From positions 1-64,000 of the IMG/VR virus record IMGVR_UViG_3300040801_001593: a stretch of 64,000 bases of DNA; one strand, 5' to 3'. The notes under the pieces were generated by a model that saw only the letters and a list, made by a program, of their open reading frames with translations, searched no databases and had not been told where the DNA came from. A program made the translations under genes and the position numbers. This DNA comes from a virus. Positions 15,480 through 21,347 of this stretch are shown here, one piece after another (position 1 is the stretch's first letter; each line of letters begins with the position of its first letter).

Positions 15480-16340
15480 GCTGATACTGAGAAAAAATGG
15501 GTAGGCATTGTTTTAGTGTTGGTGGGATTGGGTTGTGGTAAGGAATGGTGATTTTGTGCTATGACAATGGGGATGGTATTACATCCCTATCATGGTCAAC
15601 ATTGCCACCTGTTTTAGCCAAGAAAACATTGCTTATTGCCAGTATTAACAATTTTTATTGAGCAACATTGCCATGTGTCTAACCCGTCATGACGCCCATA
15701 AATCCATGATATCCATGACCAAAACTCAATAAGCCAAGTAGCCATTGCCATGTGTCCAACACGTCATGACGCCCATGACCATCTCCCATGATAATCCATG
15801 ATAATCTCCCATGACGCCCATGACCAAGTAGCCATAAAGTACTTGGCTATCCATGATATTTCCCATCTATTTTTAGTCATGACGCCCATGACCAAGTGAC
15901 CAAGTCATATGGCATTGCTGACTGATTATCATGATATTTCCCATCTATTTTTAGTCATGACGCCCATGACTTTCTCCCATGATATACCTGCCAAGTCATA
16001 TGGCAATGCTGACTGATTATCATGATAATTTCCCATGACGCCCATGACCAAAACTCAATCCATGACCATGTCCAAGTAGCCATAAAGCACTTGTCTATCC
16101 ATGACCAAAATTCAACCCAACTCTTGGACAAAATTCAACCCAACTCTTGGACAAAATTCAATGGACAAAATTCAATGGCAAAATTCAATGGCAAAATTCA
16201 ATGGCAAAATTCAACCCAAGTAGCCATCTATCCATGATAATCTCCCATGTCCATTTGTCCATGATATCCATCTACCATGACGCCCATAATAATCCATGAT
16301 AATCAAATGGCAATGTATAGATGCCAACATGTCTATTAAT
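15480..16340 (+). repeat. iteron field (dense same-strand short direct repeats, no credible ORF)
   Basis: Hand count. CCATGA occurs 19 times on the top strand. CATGACGCCCAT occurs 7 times, ATCCATGA 8 times and CCAAGTAGCCAT 4 times. There are also direct repeats of 41, 37 and 33 bp. Confidence 0.9.
16106..16217 (+). repeat. head-to-tail tandem array built on CAAAATTCAA
   Basis: The 23-mer CAAAATTCAACCCAACTCTTGGA occurs twice, then CAAAATTCAATGG(A) four times, then CAAAATTCAACCC. Confidence 0.95.
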
Positions 16341-16369
16341 CCTTTGGTCTACTTTATCTAATAAAACTA

Positions 16370-16398
16370 TTGCGAACGATAATATTTTATAGTATATT
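16370..16398 (+). promoter_or_regulatory. sigma70-type promoter (TTGCGA-17-TATATT)
   Basis: The spacer ACGATAATATTTTATAG and the downstream ATAAGAGTAGTTAAGAGA are shared with the three consensus promoters at 17.4-18.1 kb. It lies 55 nt upstream of the ATG at 16453. Confidence 0.55.
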
Positions 16399-16452
16399 AT
16401 AAGAGTAGTTAAGAGATACTACTTAAATAAACTTAATAAAAGGAGACTTATT

Positions 16453-16710
16453 ATGTCTAAAAGAAACTATACTTCTACTCCGGAGAGAAAAGCCCATTTC
16501 TTAGAAGTAGAGGAAATGCTACAAACCATGAAAGATACCTACGCTGACCATAAGGAAGCGTTCTCTACCATGCCCATTAGAAAGATAGAGAAATTGGTCA
16601 CTAAGCTTAAGAAGTTCTTGATGACTGGTAATGGTAGTAAAGAGGATAGAGAAGCTTTGGGCATTCTTAGAGGAGAGATTCAAAGAAGAGCGTCTTGGGG
16701 ACTACTTTAA
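16453..16710 (+). CDS. hypothetical protein (85 aa) embedded in iteron field
   Basis: AAAGGAG RBS. Helical, charged sequence. Confidence 0.65.
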   Translation: MSKRNYTSTPERKAHFLEVEEMLQTMKDTYADHKEAFSTMPIRKIEKLVTKLKKFLMTGNGSKEDREALGILRGEIQRRASWGLL

Positions 16711-16801
16711 TCCCTTAATAACTATAATAGTAGTATACTTTATCTTATTTATAGAGTATACTGCTATTACCTCTATACTTTTATAACAGGAGAGAGATAT
16801 A

Positions 16802-17137
16802 ATGGATAAGATTGTTTCTGGAGGTAATTATAAGTTTTTGACTAAAAAACTAAATGCTGTTTTTGGTCCAACAGAAGTGATGACCAATTCCATCAAGTCT
16901 GTATTTAAAGAGGACTGGGAAGTTGGTCTATTGGTAGAAGTAGATGGTAATGGTGTTAAAGACCTTATGGATAAGTATGCTTGTGTTCATTTCTTTGAGC
17001 ATGATAGCTTGGTTACTTCCTGTAACCTTGATGATGGCAAGTTTATTCTTAATAAGAATGATGATATGCTGTCCATCTCCTATCCTGCCATGGGCATCAC
17101 TTGGTACATTATCCCTATTAGACTGTTAGAAAACTAA
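16802..17137 (+). CDS. hypothetical protein (111 aa)
   Basis: CAGGAGAG RBS. A strong terminator follows. Confidence 0.65.
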   Translation: MDKIVSGGNYKFLTKKLNAVFGPTEVMTNSIKSVFKEDWEVGLLVEVDGNGVKDLMDKYACVHFFEHDSLVTSCNLDDGKFILNKNDDMLSISYPAMGITWYIIPIRLLEN

Positions 17138-17159
17138 TTGTCCTTTATTAAGTGGAATT

Positions 17160-17194
17160 GGGAAGCTGTTATGGCTTCCCATTCTTTTTATTTG
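17160..17194 (+). terminator. rho-independent terminator
   Basis: GGGAAGC-TGTTATG-GCTTCCC followed by ATTCTTTTTATTT. Confidence 0.7.
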
Positions 17195-17410
17195 TTTAGA
17201 CATATAGCATTGCCGTATGCTGACCATTGTTACCTGTACCTATAGATTGATATCTGTTATATGTGAATATACCATGATATCCCCCATAATATACAGGATT
17301 TACAAATGGACAAGAACAAGGCTATAAATTAGGTTTATAAAAAGTAAAGCTATTAATAAGAGGTAAATTCTAAAAAGTAAAGAGAAAAAATATTTTAAAA
17401 AATAAAGAAA

Positions 17411-17443
17411 ATCGTTGACAACGATTAAAAAATATAGTATAAT
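17411..17443 (+). promoter_or_regulatory. consensus sigma70 promoter 1 with palindromic -35 operator
   Basis: TTGACA (17415-17420), exact 17-nt spacer, TATAAT (17438-17443). The -35 box is centred in the perfect palindrome ATCGTTGACAACGAT (17411-17425). An A/T-rich tract lies upstream. Confidence 0.8.
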
Positions 17444-17484
17444 ATAAGAGTAGTTAAGAGATTAATTTAATAGGAGGGGTAAAG

Positions 17485-17637
17485 ATGGAAACGAATTATT
17501 TTTTTAATAGAGAAGAAAGAAAAGAAATAGAGAGAGAAAGGGCTTTTTCTATATCCGGTATTATAGAGTATAAAGACTATTACCTTATACCTATTAATAC
17601 CCTTAATAAGGAAGAAAAAAATATTTTAAAAAAATAA
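17485..17637 (+). CDS. small hypothetical protein, cassette 1 (50 aa, below ORF-track cutoff)
   Basis: TAGGAGGGG RBS. My own translation is METNYFFNREERKEIERERAFSISGIIEYKDYYLIPINTLNKEEKNILKK. It ends just before promoter 2. Confidence 0.5.
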   Translation: METNYFFNREERKEIERERAFSISGIIEYKDYYLIPINTLNKEEKNILKK

Positions 17638-17642
17638 AAATA

Positions 17643-17675
17643 ATCGTTGACAACGATTAAAAAATATAGTATAAT
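17643..17675 (+). promoter_or_regulatory. consensus sigma70 promoter 2 with palindromic -35 operator
   Basis: ATCGTTGACAACGAT (17643-17657), TTGACA at 17647-17652, 17-nt spacer, TATAAT at 17670-17675. Confidence 0.8.
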
Positions 17676-17715
17676 AAGAGTAGTTAAGAGACTAAAAGAA
17701 ATAGAAGGGGTAAAG

Positions 17716-18078
17716 ATGAAAACGAAAGATATTTTAAAAGTAGTAAGAGAAGAAGGCCTTAAACTCTCTAATAGAGAGTTTAAGGACGTATTAGAGACTT
17801 TAAGTATAAATACGGTACTATCTATAGATTACTCTTATATAGGAGATATCGCCTATATAGATAGTAGTAGCGATTCTTACCCGAACGAAGATTTTTTATC
17901 CGAGGAAAATCTAAAAGAGTTAGAAGAACTATATACCTTATCGGTAGTAGTAGTAGTAGAAGATAGAGAGGTAATCCTTTATAAAGTAAGTAAAGATAAT
18001 TTCCTCCTATATATAGAGGGAACGGATAGAGCCGAAGAATCCCTAATCTTTTTTAAAATAATCGTTGACAACGATTAA
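17716..18078 (+). CDS. hypothetical acidic protein, cassette 2 (120 aa)
   Basis: ATG at 17716 follows GAAGGGG. The track start at 17647 is the TTG of the -35 box itself. The 3' end (..IIVDND-stop) reads through promoter 3. Confidence 0.65.
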   Translation: MKTKDILKVVREEGLKLSNREFKDVLETLSINTVLSIDYSYIGDIAYIDSSSDSYPNEDFLSEENLKELEELYTLSVVVVVEDREVILYKVSKDNFLLYIEGTDRAEESLIFFKIIVDND

Positions 18079-18093
18079 AAAATATAGTATAAT
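18061..18093 (+). promoter_or_regulatory. consensus sigma70 promoter 3 with palindromic -35 operator
   Basis: ATCGTTGACAACGAT (18061-18075), TTGACA at 18065-18070, 17-nt spacer, TATAAT at 18088-18093. Confidence 0.8.
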
Positions 18094-18151
18094 ATAAGAG
18101 TAAGGTTAATAAAGACCTTACTTAATTCTAAACTTAATAAAAGGAGTTTCT

Positions 18152-18568
18152 ATGGAAACGAAAGCTACTAAAAAAGTTACTAAGAGAGAAGATTATAAGG
18201 GCGAAATCGCTCTTAAAAGAGCGAGAGTTAGCGGGATAGCGCTAAAAGCGAGTACTGCCCGTTCCGGAGGTATCTACGAAGTAAAGAGTAATAATAACGG
18301 TACGAGTACCGTTCTAAACGGAATATTTAAAGCTTACTTTCCGAAAAAAAAGGAGGTAAACGCCTCTCTATTCGGGGAGGTCTTAACCTCTCTCTTTACC
18401 GGTAAAGAGAAGGAGAAGGACGCTATAGTAGAAAAAGGAATATCTGGCTACGAGAAGACTACCGGAAGGAAGTATAAAAACTTCCCTACCCTTAGATCTC
18501 GCCTAATTTCCGAAATTAAGCGAGGGAATATATTATCGTTTAAGCTAATAAGCGAACCGGTACGCTAA
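18152..18568 (+). CDS. hypothetical basic protein, cassette 3 (138 aa), CpG-rich coding sequence
   Basis: AAAGGAG RBS. Heavy use of NCG codons, unlike the rest of the window. Confidence 0.7.
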   Translation: METKATKKVTKREDYKGEIALKRARVSGIALKASTARSGGIYEVKSNNNGTSTVLNGIFKAYFPKKKEVNASLFGEVLTSLFTGKEKEKDAIVEKGISGYEKTTGRKYKNFPTLRSRLISEIKRGNILSFKLISEPVR

Positions 18569-18576
18569 TTAATTTT

Positions 18577-18612
18577 ATCCCCCCTTCTTTAAAAAAGGAA
18601 GGGGAGGGGGGA
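18577..18612. terminator. bidirectional terminator candidate between convergent genes
   Basis: ATCCCCCCTTC...GGAAGGGGAGGGGGGAT forms an imperfect hairpin flanked by A/T runs on both sides. Confidence 0.5.
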
Positions 18613-18712
18613 TTTAAAATTTAGAAAACTTTTTCTTACCGCCCAATATAGCATCCCACACAAGCTCCGGAAATTTTTTATCAAAAAACTCATAATCCCA
18701 ATACTAAAACTT

Positions 18713-19126
18713 TTAATCGTTAGCAGTATCCAAATCCTTGAACCATAAACTGTAAACACTCACTTGTCTAATATCACCATCTGCACTCCTAATCATGGCA
18801 TACTGAGAATTATCACAGAACTCAATAAATTGCGCTTCAATAACTGCATCTTTAGGACTATCACATCTTACTTTGCACGCTTTCCCAAATAGCATGGGTA
18901 CTGAGTCTAATTTTAATTGCAGCCTGTTGATTTTGTTGTGAAGTTTATCAATCTCAGAAATAAGATGGGACATCTGGCTTTCTAATGGCTTATTGAACAA
19001 GAGAGGTTGCCCATCTTCTATTGACCCTGCTTCAGCTTTATGAACTTCGTCACATCCTGTATCCGGTAATATATTTTTAGGCTCCTCTACTTTTTTACCA
19101 TCAGAGCAAAACTTGACTTTTCTCAC
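18713..19126 (-). CDS. hypothetical protein
   Basis: GTG start 6 nt after AAAGGA, overlapping the upstream stop (GTGA). 137 aa. Confidence 0.65.
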   Translation of the reverse strand: MRKVKFCSDGKKVEEPKNILPDTGCDEVHKAEAGSIEDGQPLLFNKPLESQMSHLISEIDKLHNKINRLQLKLDSVPMLFGKACKVRCDSPKDAVIEAQFIEFCDNSQYAMIRSADGDIRQVSVYSLWFKDLDTAND

Positions 19127-19362
19127 TTCTTATCCTTTCTAATAAAATTATCCTGACGATTATCATGGTCTACTGCTCGTACTTCTTCTTTGTGAAAATA
19201 AAACACCCTTATGGCATCAGCACCAAAAAACGGCATAGCCTTGCCAGGCAACTGAACTTTATAATCATACTTGCTTGCATAGTCATTAGGTAATACAGTT
19301 CCAATTTCACCTGAAGTAAATCTGCCTGCCATATCAGATATGATTATCTCCACTTGTTTCAT
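19123..19362 (-). CDS. hypothetical protein (79 aa)
   Basis: AGGA RBS. The N-terminal MKQVEI and C-terminal RKDKK are shared with neighbouring genes. Confidence 0.6.
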   Translation of the reverse strand: MKQVEIIISDMAGRFTSGEIGTVLPNDYASKYDYKVQLPGKAMPFFGADAIRVFYFHKEEVRAVDHDNRQDNFIRKDKK

Positions 19363-19370
19363 AGTTAATC

Positions 19371-19676
19371 CTAAATGCTGTTTAAGATTCTATAAGTATG
19401 AGAAATGCTAACATTAAAGGCTTTAGATATGTCTGCAACCTTTGTGCCATTATTGCTCATGTCAAGCATCTTTCTATTGCGGTCTGGATTATTTGCTCTG
19501 GAGCTTAGAACTTTTAACTGCTTCCTTCTTAAATTAATGGCTTGGCGAGTTACACCATATTGGTCAGCAATTCCTTGGTCTGTTTTAAAAACTTTGACCA
19601 AGTCCATCATCTCTTCTCTGCCAATGTTTGCTACTGCACCTCTGTTTCTTGGTTTTTTAATTTCCACTTGTTTCAT
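19371..19676 (-). CDS. helix-turn-helix DNA-binding protein
   Basis: Two HTH-like segments: GIADQYGVTRQAINLRRKQL and TKVADISKAFNVSISHTYRIL. 101 aa. Confidence 0.55.
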   Translation of the reverse strand: MKQVEIKKPRNRGAVANIGREEMMDLVKVFKTDQGIADQYGVTRQAINLRRKQLKVLSSRANNPDRNRKMLDMSNNGTKVADISKAFNVSISHTYRILNSI

Positions 19677-19894
19677 TTCTTATCCTTTCTAATTTTTCCA
19701 GTACCTTTACAAATAGGGCACTTATGATACTTCTCGGTACTTTGGTAATAGTGCTTGCCAACACCATCACAGAAACTGCATTGACCAAAATTATCATCTC
19801 TCTTTTTAAGTAGAATAATAGTGACTGCTAAAAAGAGAGCAAATGCATTTATAGAGATACATATTATAGTGGTGCATATTATAGTATTATTCAT
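19673..19894 (-). CDS. membrane-anchored protein with DnaJ-type zinc finger
   Basis: N-terminal transmembrane helix, then CSFCDGVGKHY...CPICKGTGKI, which is two CxxCxGxG motifs. Confidence 0.6.
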   Translation of the reverse strand: MNNTIICTTIICISINAFALFLAVTIILLKKRDDNFGQCSFCDGVGKHYYQSTEKYHKCPICKGTGKIRKDKK

Positions 19895-19899
19895 TTGGG

Positions 19900-20199
19900 C
19901 TACTTTCCTTTAGGTTTGTCAAATGTTAGTTCTAAAAAGTAATATTGAAGATAGGATAAGCCAGAGCCATCCCAATACTCAAATTCTCTATGCAATAGGT
20001 AGTAGGCTTGACCCTTCTCTAAAGGAGAGGTCTGTTCAAACTTACCCTTCAAATATCTCATAGACCCATCTTCCCATTTAATCAGAATCTGATTACCAGA
20101 AAACTGAATATCAGATAAGACCTTGTGAGAAAGAGTGTCAAACTCAGATGCAAGTGATAGAGAACAGAAAACCAGTAAAAGCATTAGGCTTTTAAACAT
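19900..20199 (-). CDS. secreted protein (signal peptide)
   Basis: AAAGGAG RBS. MFKSLMLLLVFCSLSLA-SEF looks like a cleavable signal peptide. Confidence 0.65.
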   Translation of the reverse strand: MFKSLMLLLVFCSLSLASEFDTLSHKVLSDIQFSGNQILIKWEDGSMRYLKGKFEQTSPLEKGQAYYLLHREFEYWDGSGLSYLQYYFLELTFDKPKGK

Positions 20200-20220
20200 A
20201 ATAAAACTCCTTTAATAAAT

Positions 20221-20270
20221 TAAACTTATAAATATAGTATACTATAAAATTTTATATTATACTACCTGAA
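20221..20270 (-). promoter_or_regulatory. reiterated AT-rich promoter/operator element, copy H (leftward)
   Basis: The minus strand reads AAAATTTTATAGTATACTATATTTATAAG. TATAGTATACTATA (20233-20246) is a perfect 14-bp palindrome. Confidence 0.45.
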
Positions 20271-20422
20271 AATAAGACAGTGGCTCTTTATACTATCTTA
20301 TAGCTTCTAATAATAAACTCTATACCTTAAAAATCGTTAGAATAACACCTTGATAAGGGCTTAAACTAACCTTATACTACTATCCGGTAGTATAAATATA
20401 AATAAGCCCTTAAAAGGCTTTA

Positions 20423-20956
20423 TTAGCGCCTGAACCTTCTATTGAGCCTTCTTCTATTGATGCCATAATTTTTAGAAGGTGGAGGAGGTGCTGTTTTACT
20501 TATGGACTGTATGTTCTCAGGAACAGCATGCTCAATAACAGGCTCCTTACTTTTGAAATCTATATTAGCTATATATAAGGTAAAAGTTACACAGCCAACA
20601 TATGTTGAGAACTCAGCAACAGAACCTTGACCAAAAATTTCTACAACCTTACTTTTAATCAATTCAATATAATCAGCATTATAATAAATGCTATTAGGAG
20701 AGCAACCTAAGAACTTTCTATCAGCATTGTTATGAAAATCTCTATGATAATGATTCAAGTAAGGGTCATCAGAGCAATCAAGAATCAACCTACATCTTAT
20801 AGTTACAAGGGCATCCATACCTTCAGAGAATTCAACCTTTTCAAAATTAACCCTTATATACTTAGTGCGGATAGCTAATTTAAAATCAGCCATCCGCTTT
20901 TTTAAGTCTTTTCTTGATTTAATTAAGTCTGCTTCTTTATCAAAATTAAATCCCAT
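20423..20956 (-). CDS. hypothetical protein with Arg-rich C-terminus
   Basis: AAGGA RBS. 177 aa. Last gene of the leftward operon. Confidence 0.65.
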   Translation of the reverse strand: MGFNFDKEADLIKSRKDLKKRMADFKLAIRTKYIRVNFEKVEFSEGMDALVTIRCRLILDCSDDPYLNHYHRDFHNNADRKFLGCSPNSIYYNADYIELIKSKVVEIFGQGSVAEFSTYVGCVTFTLYIANIDFKSKEPVIEHAVPENIQSISKTAPPPPSKNYGINRRRLNRRFRR

Positions 20957-20959
20957 TTA

Positions 20960-21346
20960 TCATTCCTTAACTTTTTTAAGCCGGACTCCTCTTCTGGACT
21001 GAGCAAATTGCCGAGTCTTCAAAGCTTGTTTGCACTTTTTGCAACCAACAGGAGGTTTGGCTTTATTCTCTTCTTCTGATTCTTCCTCAGTTTCTTCAAC
21101 ACCAAGTTCACCACTTTCTGATTCAGAGTATCTTGGTGAAAAAGATGAACCTCCATCTCCAATATTAGGATACTCATCACTTCCACTTACATCAAATGCA
21201 GAAGGAACTTCATTAGAAATCTGAGGTACTTCTTTTTCTACATGTGTAGAGACTTTATCTCTTTCTTGCCTTCTGACAATATGAGCTTTGCGCTCTTTAT
21301 CCCTGAAAGCTTGAACCTGCTTTTGTGTTCTTTGATTCTTACCCAT
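20960..21346 (-). CDS. hypothetical basic-acidic-basic protein
   Basis: 128 aa. Starts 1 nt after the patatin stop. Confidence 0.6.
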   Translation of the reverse strand: MGKNQRTQKQVQAFRDKERKAHIVRRQERDKVSTHVEKEVPQISNEVPSAFDVSGSDEYPNIGDGGSSFSPRYSESESGELGVEETEEESEEENKAKPPVGCKKCKQALKTRQFAQSRRGVRLKKVKE

Positions 21347-21347
21347 A

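Noticed and set aside
15515-15550. G-rich stretch GTTGGTGGGATTGGGTTGTGGTAAGG as a possible G-quadruplex
   Set aside because: The G-runs are only 2-3 long with irregular loops, so the quadruplex potential is weak.
16022-16237. 71-aa ORF in the track, within the repeat field
   Set aside because: Its sequence (..KFNGQNSMAKFNGKIQWQNS..) is just the translation of the CAAAATTCAA and CCATGA repeats. It has no RBS and an atypical composition.
15480-16340. Possible CRISPR array
   Set aside because: The repeats are only 8-13 bp or irregular longer duplications. There are no uniform 25-40 bp repeats alternating with unique spacers, and no cas genes.
15300-17640. Apparent word sharing between 15300-15480 and 17520-17640 (TACCTATTA, CTTAATAAGGAA) as evidence of a larger duplication
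   Set aside because: The matches are under 12 bp in very AT-rich DNA, so I could not distinguish them from chance.
17647-17715. TTG start at 17647 for the cassette-2 ORF
   Set aside because: That TTG is the TTGACA -35 box itself. The ATG at 17716 has a GAAGGGG RBS and matches the conserved leader of the other two cassettes.
18620-18693. About 34-aa minus-strand ORF (MSFLIKNFRSLCGMLYWAVRK...) downstream of gene 18713..19126
   Set aside because: It has a weak RBS, runs into the terminator hairpin, and is too short to support without conservation data.
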